Positions 1 to 7,855 of a stretch of DNA of 64,000 nt are shown one piece after another. The stretch spans positions 32,001 to 96,000 of IMG/VR virus record IMGVR_UViG_3300027976_000006; one strand, written 5' to 3'. Made by a program: the position numbers and the translations under genes. The notes under the pieces are model-generated. The model was not told the DNA's origin, did no database searches, and was given only the letters and a program-made list of their open reading frames with translations. The stretch comes from a virus. The first letter of the stretch is position 1; every line of letters starts with the position of its first letter.

Positions 1-152
1 GGACTGCATATTGGGACCGGTCTAGAGGCCCGAGCGCGTCTTTATCTATGCTGTTTTCTACCTCTAAGTTTATAAGCCAACGACAGTAGTATTGAGTCTT
101 GGTCTAGGTCTAGGTCTGTGTCTTGGACTAAAAACAAAACTAGGAGTGCTAA

Positions 153-395
153 ATGATAAGAAAAGTAACCATATGTCACCCAGATACTATGTCTGTGTCT
201 TGGTCTAAGTCTTGGCCTGGGTCTGGGTCTGCGTCTCGGTTTGGGTCTTGGTCTGGGTCTTGGTCTGGGTCTTGGCCTGGGTCTGGGCCTTGGTCTGGGT
301 CTTGGTCTGGGTCTTGGTTTTGGTCTTGGTCTTGGTCTCGGTCTCGGTTTGGGCCTGTGTCTTGGTCTAAAAACAAAACTAGGAGTGCTAAATGA
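153..395 (+). CDS. Ser/Trp/Gly/Arg alternating-repeat peptide, array unit 1
   Basis: AGGAG RBS, MIRKVT start, KTRSAK end, ATGA overlap with next unit. Confidence 0.65.
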   Translation: MIRKVTICHPDTMSVSWSKSWPGSGSASRFGSWSGSWSGSWPGSGPWSGSWSGSWFWSWSWSRSRFGPVSWSKNKTRSAK

Positions 396-565
396 TAAGA
401 AAAGTAACCGTATGTCACCCAGCTATGTCTGTGTCTTGGTCTGGGTCTTGGTCTCGGTCTCGGTCTGCGTCTTGGCCTGGGTCTTGGCCTGGGTTTGGGT
501 CTTGGTCTGAGTCTCGGTTTGGGTCTTGGTCTTGGGCTGAAAACAAAACCAGAAGTGCTAAATGA
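392..565 (+). CDS. Array unit 2 peptide (57 aa, not in the ORF track)
   Basis: Manual translation MIRKVTVCHPAMSVSWSGSWSRSRSASWPG...AENKTRSAK*, AGGAG RBS. Confidence 0.65.
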   Translation: MIRKVTVCHPAMSVSWSGSWSRSRSASWPGSWPGFGSWSESRFGSWSWAENKTRSAK

Positions 566-774
566 TAAGAAAAGTAACCTTATGTAACCAGGATGCTCTG
601 TCTTGGTCTGGGTCTCGGTCTAGGTCTGGGTCTGGGTCTTGGTCTGGGTCTTGGCCTGGGTCTGGGCCTGGGTCTGGGTCTTGGTCTGGGTCTTGGTTTT
701 GGTCTTGGTCTTGGACTAGGTCTCGGTTTGGGTCTATGTCTTGGGCTAAAAGCAAAACCAGGAGTGCTAAATGA
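562..774 (+). CDS. Array unit 3 peptide
   Basis: Same termini, ATGA coupling. Confidence 0.65.
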   Translation: MIRKVTLCNQDALSWSGSRSRSGSGSWSGSWPGSGPGSGSWSGSWFWSWSWTRSRFGSMSWAKSKTRSAK

Positions 775-989
775 TAAGAAAAGTAACCATATGCCACCCA
801 GATACTATGTCTTGGTCTTGGTCTAAGTCTTGGCCTGGGTCTGGGTCTGCGTCTCGGTTTGGGTCTTGGTCTGGGTCTTGGTCTGGGTCTTGGCCTGTGT
901 CTCGGCCTGGGTCTCGGTCTCGGTTTAGGTCTGGGTCTTGGTCTGAGTCTCGGTTTGGGTCTAAAAACGAAACCAGGAGTGCTAAATGA
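771..989 (+). CDS. Array unit 4 peptide
   Basis: Same termini, ATGA coupling. Confidence 0.65.
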   Translation: MIRKVTICHPDTMSWSWSKSWPGSGSASRFGSWSGSWSGSWPVSRPGSRSRFRSGSWSESRFGSKNETRSAK

Positions 990-1237
990 TAAGAAAAGTA
1001 ACCTTATGTAACCAAGATACTATGTCTGGGTCTTGGCCTGGGTCTTGGCCTGTGTCTAGGTCTGGGTCTGGGTTTTGGTCTTGGTCTATATCTATGTCTT
1101 GGTCTGGGTCTTGGCCTGTGTCTCGGCCTGGGTCTCGGTCTCGGTTTAGGTCTGGGTCTTGGTCTGGGTCTAGGTTGGGGTCTCAGTCTTGGTCTGACAT
1201 ATATCTACCGACAGGAGTAACTTATGATGAAGATTAA
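986..1237 (+). CDS. Array unit 5 peptide (divergent C-terminus)
   Basis: MIRKVTLCNQD start; overlaps next gene. Confidence 0.6.
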   Translation: MIRKVTLCNQDTMSGSWPGSWPVSRSGSGFWSWSISMSWSGSWPVSRPGSRSRFRSGSWSGSRLGSQSWSDIYLPTGVTYDED

Positions 1238-1511
1238 GATAAAAAAACACGGGAACCCGGACTACGGGCAAAACCCCAACAAAACAGAAAAGGAAGAGCT
1301 TACTGCAACCACGATTGCAGAACTACGTGCAAAGGTGCGAGAATGGCAATTACAAACTAATTGTGGTGGAGGTAACTGGGGAGTATGCTCTGTGCATATA
1401 AACGACAAAATTGTAGGGTATATGTCCTACAATGGTCGAATTTGGAAAGAAAAGAAGTGGAATCCTAGTTGCATTGAAATAAATGATGATAATCTAATCG
1501 TATGTGAGTAA
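1224..1511 (+). CDS. Hypothetical phage protein
   Basis: AGGAG RBS; 95 aa. Confidence 0.75.
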   Translation: MMKIKIKKHGNPDYGQNPNKTEKEELTATTIAELRAKVREWQLQTNCGGGNWGVCSVHINDKIVGYMSYNGRIWKEKKWNPSCIEINDDNLIVCE

Positions 1512-1570
1512 TAACAAAGTCAACTCGTTGTTACACTTATGCTTGAATCTTTTTATTTTAAAGGTGACAA

Positions 1571-1885
1571 ATGGAACTACACGGCGGTCCGTTCAAACGT
1601 AGACGAAGAAAACCTCCAGATCAAATCTGGATGCAATTTATGTCTGACGACGAAAAAGAGAAAATGAAAATAGAACAATGTCAGACCGTATCTTTGTCGG
1701 ATGTCGGACTGCCGGTACGCGTAGCTAACACGTTAGAAAATTATGGTTTATTGACCATAGGGGACTTGGCTAAAATAACGATAGAGGATCTAGAAAGCAT
1801 TCAAAACCTTGGCGAGATAACCATAGCTCGCTGTGTTAGACTGCTGGATGAAATGTGCCTACCCCATAAATTACGCAAAAAATAA
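1571..1885 (+). CDS. Stand-alone RNA polymerase alpha C-terminal domain protein
   Basis: LSDVGLPVRVANTLENYGLLTIGDL...LESIQNLGE matches the alpha-CTD pattern. Confidence 0.85.
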   Translation: MELHGGPFKRRRRKPPDQIWMQFMSDDEKEKMKIEQCQTVSLSDVGLPVRVANTLENYGLLTIGDLAKITIEDLESIQNLGEITIARCVRLLDEMCLPHKLRKK

Positions 1886-1890
1886 GCATA

Positions 1891-1966
1891 TGTTAATATA
1901 GGTAAGAGTTACAAGGTAACTTGCCCCTAGGGGCAAGTTACCATATTCTACTATCTTCGATAGTAT
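1891..1966. repeat. 76-bp inverted repeat, left copy, with 28-bp perfect palindrome at 1915-1942
   Basis: Reverse complement of 3167-3242 with one mismatch; GGTAACTTGCCCCTAGGGGCAAGTTACC. Confidence 0.95.
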
Positions 1967-2009
1967 CGAGTCGCGCACACAAACCACACTTTTAAAGGGG
2001 GCAAAAAAA

Positions 2010-2546
2010 ATGGCTGTTAAATTTCTCAAACTAGGGAAACTGGTCGTAGATTGCGGCGATGTCGTTTGTTTCAGCATGGATAGCGTTATCGGATTAGCAG
2101 AAGAATGTGGTTACGACATCACTAAACTGCAAGAATTCATCAAACGATGGAAGGGCGTAGAATGCGATTTACGCAGCGATGGCATCTACACTGTAGATCG
2201 AGTAACGGCGGTAGATCAAGAAGGTTCAACCTATAGTGCCATCATCATTGGTGCCGATGTTCCAGAAATAAAACGGTTTTTACTAACAAACGAAGAAGAG
2301 TTTTCAGATTTTTATAAACGACACCCTAAAGCCGTAGAAGTTAGAAAAGGCAAATCTTTTAATCGTGATTTATTTTCTGAGATTAACGATGAGTACGTAG
2401 GGGCAATAATGAAAAACCCAACCAACCTTCAAGCTGAACCAACTAAACGCAAGGATGGGGCTAATTTCGACGCAGAACACACAGCTACGACTGACAAAAA
2501 GAATCTTCAAGTAGAGCTAGACAAACACATAAAAGGAGGAAGTTAA
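2010..2546 (+). CDS. Hypothetical protein inside the inverted-repeat segment
   Basis: 178-aa ORF, AGGGG upstream. Confidence 0.75.
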   Translation: MAVKFLKLGKLVVDCGDVVCFSMDSVIGLAEECGYDITKLQEFIKRWKGVECDLRSDGIYTVDRVTAVDQEGSTYSAIIIGADVPEIKRFLLTNEEEFSDFYKRHPKAVEVRKGKSFNRDLFSEINDEYVGAIMKNPTNLQAEPTKRKDGANFDAEHTATTDKKNLQVELDKHIKGGS

Positions 2547-2743
2547 AATAGGTAAGTAGTACTTTGTTTGACTCTTGTCAGCGGCAGCCAACTTTTGTCT
2601 GTCGTGTATTTATAGTTTTTAAACCGGAGGTATAGCAGATGACAAACGAAAATGGACCTTTTATCTCGTTCATAAGTGGCGAACTTGGTGAAGAAACCTA
2701 GACACTGGAAGAGTGGCAGCAACATTACACAAATTATGTTGCT

Positions 2744-3136
2744 GTGTTAAAAAGCAGATTAACAAAAACTAGTGAAAGTCAAAAAAGTTACAGTAAAATG
2801 CTTAACGCAAAGGGCAGATACTATGCCCAAGACCACAATGCTAGGTTCTATTTAGGCAGGCACGAAAATCAGACTTTAGAACTTGCTAAAGCTGAGGAAG
2901 AACTTGGTTGGATAGTGGCGGAACAAAAGAGAAAACTTTTAAATCCAGAGAATGTATCGCATGAACAGTTAGAGAATTTTCTGATCCACGGTCTTTACGA
3001 ATCAGACTTCCCCTTAACGGGTATGGACGAAATATTGGGTGTAGATGAAGCGGTTGCGATGCTAGTTTCAATAACTAATGACGAATATCATTTAGCAGAG
3101 TTTAGAAAAGATGTTTTAAACCACAAAATTGTTTAA
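2744..3136 (+). CDS. Hypothetical protein inside the inverted-repeat segment (start uncertain)
   Basis: 130-aa ORF. Confidence 0.6.
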   Translation: MLKSRLTKTSESQKSYSKMLNAKGRYYAQDHNARFYLGRHENQTLELAKAEEELGWIVAEQKRKLLNPENVSHEQLENFLIHGLYESDFPLTGMDEILGVDEAVAMLVSITNDEYHLAEFRKDVLNHKIV

Positions 3137-3166
3137 CACAAAAATGACACATTCTGGTCATTTCGT

Positions 3167-3242
3167 ATACTATCGAAGATAGTAGAATATGGTAACTTGC
3201 CCCTAGGGGCAAGTTACCATGTAACTCTTACCTATATTAACA
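3167..3242. repeat. 76-bp inverted repeat, right copy, palindrome at 3191-3218
   Basis: Matches reverse complement of 1891-1966. Confidence 0.95.
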
Positions 3243-3254
3243 AAGGACACAAAA

Positions 3255-3782
3255 ATGTCTCATTTACAGCAGCTAGCCTACGTAGAATCAATTAAAGCTA
3301 TTTACCCGAAATATTTTTTAAGCTCAAAAGTTTTAGAAATTGGCAGCTTAGATGTAAACGGGACAATAAGACAATTTTTTGAAAATTGCGATTATACCGG
3401 AGTTGATCTAGGTGCTGGGGCAATGGTTGATGTTATAGGTGAAGGTCAAAAGTTGAATTATGCTGATAACTCGTTCGACACAACGGCATCTTGCGAATGC
3501 TTTGAGCATAATCCATACTGGAAAGAGACCTTTGAGAATATGTACAGGATGACTAAAAAAGACGGGCTTCTGTTTTTTACTTGTGCAACAACAGGAAGAC
3601 CGGAACACGGAACAAAAAATAACTTTCCGGACGCTGCCCCGTTACTTATCTGGGATTATTACAAAAATTTAACGGAAGAAGACTTTACTGGCGATCTGGA
3701 CATAAAAAAAATGTTTAAGGAATATGAATTTAAACTGGAGATTAGTAGCTGTGATTTGTATTTTTACGGGATCAAAGTGTAA
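3255..3782 (+). CDS. Class I SAM-dependent methyltransferase (Methyltransf_11-like)
   Basis: VLEIGS motif I, YTGVD, FDTTASCECFEH. Confidence 0.85.
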   Translation: MSHLQQLAYVESIKAIYPKYFLSSKVLEIGSLDVNGTIRQFFENCDYTGVDLGAGAMVDVIGEGQKLNYADNSFDTTASCECFEHNPYWKETFENMYRMTKKDGLLFFTCATTGRPEHGTKNNFPDAAPLLIWDYYKNLTEEDFTGDLDIKKMFKEYEFKLEISSCDLYFYGIKV

Positions 3783-3811
3783 CTCTTACCCATCTTAGCA
3801 AAGGAATAAAA

Positions 3812-4114
3812 ATGGCTAAACTTAAAGAAGAAGAAAAGTTGTTTAATCGCGTTAAACGATTTGCTTCAGCGTACGAAGATACGCATGTGTTCACTGCCGC
3901 TCAGTGGGCTATTAAAGAAGAAGAAAATTTATTTGGCGAGGTGGTGTTAGTCGCTGAAGGAGAGCTGTATCATTTGCTTAATGTAACTAACTCCCGCACG
4001 GCTGTCCGCAATAAAATGCGGAAAAAATTGAATAAGATACTTGAAAAATATGACTATTATGTGGAACAAGGTTTTCACTGGTCTTGGCATTTTTGTAAAA
4101 AGCAAGGAGTTTGA
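3812..4114 (+). CDS. Hypothetical protein
   Basis: AAGGA RBS; 100 aa. Confidence 0.7.
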   Translation: MAKLKEEEKLFNRVKRFASAYEDTHVFTAAQWAIKEEENLFGEVVLVAEGELYHLLNVTNSRTAVRNKMRKKLNKILEKYDYYVEQGFHWSWHFCKKQGV

Positions 4115-4115
4115 T

Positions 4116-4799
4116 ATGCGTGATTTTAAAAGTCTGAATTATTTGACAATGCCGGTCGATGCGGGTCAGATCGTGGTGGTGGCGTATGCAATCGATGCCA
4201 CATATTTGTATCGTCGATCATGCGATCAGAGCGACAATACCGCTAGCTACAGCCGTGCAACTTTAGATTTGGAGTCTAATGGGAATTTTGAGCCACAGAA
4301 CAATTCGCTACCCATAATTGGAGATTGGGAGGAGTATGTCACCAGATTTCACCTGAGTGACGATGGCAGCTCTGAGGAAATTGAGTCCGACGATATGGAC
4401 TCGGCAAAAGAAGAGGCCGAAGAACTGTGGAAGGGTGGCGATTGGGATGAAAAATGCCGCATATCGGTGCGGATACAGGAGATAGATTGGGACGATAACG
4501 ACGTTGGTGACCCAGAGTGGATTGCGGTCGAGTGCGGAGAGGACCCTGCATCACCAGACTGTGACGAGGACGACCACGAGTGGGAGACACCTCATGCGGT
4601 GGTAGGCGGCCTAGACTCAAATCCTGGATGTTGGTCTACCGGTGGCACTAGCATGAAATTTAAGTCAGTTTGCAAACATTGTGGAATTTACAGAATCGAA
4701 CACCATACCGGCGCACAGTACAATCCAGGTGAAGTGGATACGGTCGAGTATGAGGACGCTGACGAAGATTCGTTGAAATTTGTTGAGGAAAATAAGTAA
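4116..4799 (+). CDS. Acidic hypothetical protein with CxxC
   Basis: Start moved to ATG 4116 after AAGGAG. Confidence 0.7.
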   Translation: MRDFKSLNYLTMPVDAGQIVVVAYAIDATYLYRRSCDQSDNTASYSRATLDLESNGNFEPQNNSLPIIGDWEEYVTRFHLSDDGSSEEIESDDMDSAKEEAEELWKGGDWDEKCRISVRIQEIDWDDNDVGDPEWIAVECGEDPASPDCDEDDHEWETPHAVVGGLDSNPGCWSTGGTSMKFKSVCKHCGIYRIEHHTGAQYNPGEVDTVEYEDADEDSLKFVEENK

Positions 4800-4866
4800 T
4801 GGTTTAGTTTTTCCCGCAGGGTGTTCCTGCGGGCGTTCAGTAGAAATAAGTTAAGGAGATAAGAAA

Positions 4867-5091
4867 ATGGCTATAAATATTCAACTTTTTGAACCACCTC
4901 AACCAACCAACCCAGCGGTTCCAGCAGTGGTGGTTGAGACTAGGGAGGGTCGGTTTTTGGTCTCATCGCCTGGAGGGTGGGAGGCGAAGGTTCCTTACGC
5001 CGGCGCAGTTCGAAGAGATTCTAGTGGATCGTGTTTGCGTGGGCTCGCCTGGGCGTTGTCGGTGCCAGGCAGTAAAGATGCCTACGGATGA
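4867..5091 (+). CDS. Hypothetical protein
   Basis: AAGGAG RBS; 74 aa. Confidence 0.55.
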   Translation: MAINIQLFEPPQPTNPAVPAVVVETREGRFLVSSPGGWEAKVPYAGAVRRDSSGSCLRGLAWALSVPGSKDAYG

Positions 5092-5133
5092 AGAAGTAAC
5101 AAATCTTATTACTAAAATCAAAGGAAGATTAAA

Positions 5134-5388
5134 ATGAAGTATTTTATCGCGGAGATCAAAGAACGAAACGGAGAACTGGAGTATGACACAGATTATTTGT
5201 TTCAAACGGAGGGTGACCCAATTATCTACTCCGACACGGTGGCAAGGGGTTGGAGGGGCGACGATGAAGACAAAGACAAAGCCGCTGGAGGGTATTGGTG
5301 TGATGGAACATTAATCTTTGACAAGGGAAGGCAGGAAATACCAAAAGAAGATTTTGATATCTTAAAAAAGTATCTAGTTGTTTTGTAA
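5134..5388 (+). CDS. Hypothetical protein
   Basis: AAGGA RBS; 84 aa. Confidence 0.7.
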   Translation: MKYFIAEIKERNGELEYDTDYLFQTEGDPIIYSDTVARGWRGDDEDKDKAAGGYWCDGTLIFDKGRQEIPKEDFDILKKYLVVL

Positions 5389-5407
5389 ATTACAGCAACG
5401 ATAATTT

Positions 5408-5812
5408 ATGTCAAAGATGAAAGTTAAAATGAAAGTTAAAATGAACAAACAATTAGATGAAAATTTTTTTAATCTTAATTACATATCTTTGTTGTACAAC
5501 GATAAATTAATAAACAATCGGCTGGGTTACCACACGGAGCTGGCCGGCCTCTTAAAAATTTGGAATGAAGAATTAAAACAATTCTGCAAACACGTAGCTG
5601 CAAATAAATTTCCAGTTGGTTATGCAATTTTTGTTCCTGATTTTTTCGGCATAAACTTCGGTAAAAATCAAATAAGACAGCAAAAGGAGATAGATTTTCT
5701 TTACCGAAGCGTGCTTGCTGTTCGTAAAGTTTTAGCGTTTCAAGCACAACAAAACCAAGTAAGATCTATTTTAATTTATAAACCTTACCCTGGTACACTG
5801 TTTATCTGGTAA
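5408..5812 (+). CDS. Hypothetical protein
   Basis: 134-aa ORF in operon-like run. Confidence 0.6.
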   Translation: MSKMKVKMKVKMNKQLDENFFNLNYISLLYNDKLINNRLGYHTELAGLLKIWNEELKQFCKHVAANKFPVGYAIFVPDFFGINFGKNQIRQQKEIDFLYRSVLAVRKVLAFQAQQNQVRSILIYKPYPGTLFIW

Positions 5813-5829
5813 CAAGAGAAAGGCTTATT

Positions 5830-6633
5830 GTGGTCAAGCAAATAAATAAGTTAAAAGGCACGGTGCAGCACAAGCTTCGATTTAAAGACGAAAACACCTC
5901 GTTGTTACTTTTGCGACATTGTGTTTTGCAAGCATTGGGTATGTCGCAAGGTTCTGATGTATTCCGCGTACAGATATTGCAACAAAAGCTTAGATATCAG
6001 TATTATCGTGCAATAAGCAAAGACGAGGCTAAGCGGTATGCCCATACTTACAGCTTAAACTGTTGCCCTGTTGGGTTTTCTGTGAAGCCAAAGACACGAT
6101 TTTGTAACAATCCAAAAGTGTGTCCTTGGTGCTTTGTGCGCTGCTGGCTGTATCCTACCTATTCGGCTTTATCTGTCGTTCCAAAGGCCGTTCGCCAAAC
6201 TTTCAAAGTTATCGTTTGGCAACGAGTAGTAAATTTCAATTTACAAGAATTACCTTTTTTTCGTGCAAATAAAGGTCCGCATCAGTGGTGTTCTGCTTTG
6301 GCTACTGTTCAGCTGTGTGTGCCGTTTGTGTCGGCGGAGAACAATGACTTACAGCTAAAACATATCGGGCTTCAGCTTGTACCTGCCGACTGTGACTTTG
6401 TTAAACAACTTTCGCGCCGTGCTGTTTTTCCTGGCTTAAGTTTTGCAAGCTTTGACCGAGGTACCAACACAAACATTATGCGGGCGATGGCTACGGTTTT
6501 GCGACTTCCGTGGGCAAATTTATTCGCGCTTAACAATTTGCAAAATTTTCAATTGCTGTTAAACGGGGTTCAAAAAACTCGTTTATTGCGGATTACTAAC
6601 TACAAACAACAACAGACAACAAGGAGATATTGA
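5830..6633 (+). CDS. Basic protein with Cys cluster (FCNNPKVCPWC)
   Basis: 267 aa; probable zinc site. Confidence 0.7.
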   Translation: MVKQINKLKGTVQHKLRFKDENTSLLLLRHCVLQALGMSQGSDVFRVQILQQKLRYQYYRAISKDEAKRYAHTYSLNCCPVGFSVKPKTRFCNNPKVCPWCFVRCWLYPTYSALSVVPKAVRQTFKVIVWQRVVNFNLQELPFFRANKGPHQWCSALATVQLCVPFVSAENNDLQLKHIGLQLVPADCDFVKQLSRRAVFPGLSFASFDRGTNTNIMRAMATVLRLPWANLFALNNLQNFQLLLNGVQKTRLLRITNYKQQQTTRRY

Positions 6634-7169
6634 TGGAAATCGATTCACCGCCGTACCCGAAAAATAATAGCTCTCCTAGCGACTTGTTTAACAGTCTAGT
6701 AGAGTTATATCAATGGGTAGCAACACAGTTTGAGTGGGTAAACACGGAGGCAGCCCGACTGGGGGCTCCTTCTGCCCCTTTCATTAAAAGCTTGGGGGTT
6801 GAGCCGTTACCTAACAAAAATTCGATTAATCGGTTTACTCGGTTAGCCGTTCCGGATATGTTTATGTCTTGGCAAGCTTTAAGGCGTATCCGTGAAAAGC
6901 ATGATTCGATTATTCGTAACTACGAGAATGCAGAAGATTGGAATTCGGATGGGTGCATTTTTCACCGGATTTCACTTGTTAGATCGGCTATAACGCTACT
7001 CTCGATATCGTTTCTGGACTTCGAAAGGCGAGAAGCAAAGGGGATGGACGCGGCTAGGAAAACGCGTAAAGAATTTTTTAAGTATACTAAAGGAGCATTC
7101 TACGAGTTGAACGGAGGAGAAGAAGATGAAGAAGTTGATTTCGACGCTTTCCCCGCCGAGGAAGCTTAG
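6633..7169 (+). CDS. Hypothetical protein
   Basis: AAGGAG RBS, acidic tail. Confidence 0.7.
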   Translation: MEIDSPPYPKNNSSPSDLFNSLVELYQWVATQFEWVNTEAARLGAPSAPFIKSLGVEPLPNKNSINRFTRLAVPDMFMSWQALRRIREKHDSIIRNYENAEDWNSDGCIFHRISLVRSAITLLSISFLDFERREAKGMDAARKTRKEFFKYTKGAFYELNGGEEDEEVDFDAFPAEEA

Positions 7170-7449
7170 GCCAAGCATCTGTAGGATACACGTGGCTAGA
7201 GCAGATTTGCGGGATAACATAAAGAACAATACGGACAATCCTGTAATTGGGGTGCATAGGCGGGGACGCAACTTGCGAGGCAACTCGGTAATTATTTACG
7301 ACAAGCTCGGAAACGAAGTAGCTAGGATTGTGCAAAGCATGCACAAGCCTTTGAAATGCGGAGCTCGTGTGTGGATTGAAACATATGGAACTGTAATGAT
7401 AGCTTATAATGAGGGCGAAACAGTAAGGTCAGAAGTGCTGGAAAGCTGA
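7126..7449 (+). CDS. Conserved phage hypothetical protein
   Basis: RIHV...PVI...KPLKCGARVWIET motif familiar from phage proteins. Confidence 0.7.
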   Translation: MKKLISTLSPPRKLRPSICRIHVARADLRDNIKNNTDNPVIGVHRRGRNLRGNSVIIYDKLGNEVARIVQSMHKPLKCGARVWIETYGTVMIAYNEGETVRSEVLES

Positions 7450-7841
7450 CTAATGTGGTTCATCTTGCAATCGCTAAACTCGGGCTGCCCGGCTAGCAAA
7501 GTAATTTCATTTTTAATGGAAACTCTGACGCAGTTTAAATTCCGTATTTGAACAGCTCGTTTTCCAATCTCGGCTAACCCGAGTTCGTTGTCTAGGCCTT
7601 TGCGTATGTCGTGTTCTGCGTCCCATATTTGTCCGTTGATGTCCAGTAAATCCGATACCAATTTGCAAAGATTGGGTAAGGTGTAGTCAACTCCGCTCTC
7701 GTAATGTGTGATTTGTTTTTGCAACAAATCTTTGTTTAATTCGCCAAGGGGCAGTCGTTGCATTTTTAATTTTGCAATGGTAAGTCGATCGCACACTTCG
7801 CAGACTGGCATAGAAACTAGTTGTGTATTATTTTTAAACAT
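7404..7841 (-). CDS. DUF6165-like protein
   Basis: DRLTIAKLK...IWDAEHDIR...RVSIKNEI pattern; start uncertain. Confidence 0.6.
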   Translation of the reverse strand: MFKNNTQLVSMPVCEVCDRLTIAKLKMQRLPLGELNKDLLQKQITHYESGVDYTLPNLCKLVSDLLDINGQIWDAEHDIRKGLDNELGLAEIGKRAVQIRNLNCVRVSIKNEITLLAGQPEFSDCKMNHISQLSSTSDLTVSPSL

Positions 7842-7855
7842 AAAAGGAGTATCCT

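Larger units (their letters stand above)
95..1195 (+). repeat. Tandem array: five conserved ~50-bp junctions separating variable tracts of hexamers (TCT-NGG)n
   Basis: Junction AAACYAGRAGTGCTAAATGATAAGAAAAGTAACC recurs with ATG at 153, 392, 562, 771, 986; intervening tracts are TCTGGG/TCTTGG/TCTCGG/TCTAGG hexamers. Confidence 0.95.

Noticed and set aside
176-826. (DQDP)n minus-strand and (GL)n plus-strand ORFs
   Set aside because: Alternate frames of the hexamer repeat with no RBS and inconsistent starts
127-1014. CRISPR array interpretation of the repeated junctions
   Set aside because: Intervening segments are about 120-190 bp, low-complexity and mutually similar; junctions contain RBS and start/stop signals
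4813-4833. CCCGCAGG/CCTGCGGG hairpin as intrinsic terminator
   Set aside because: No U tract follows on either strand; left as an unassigned hairpin
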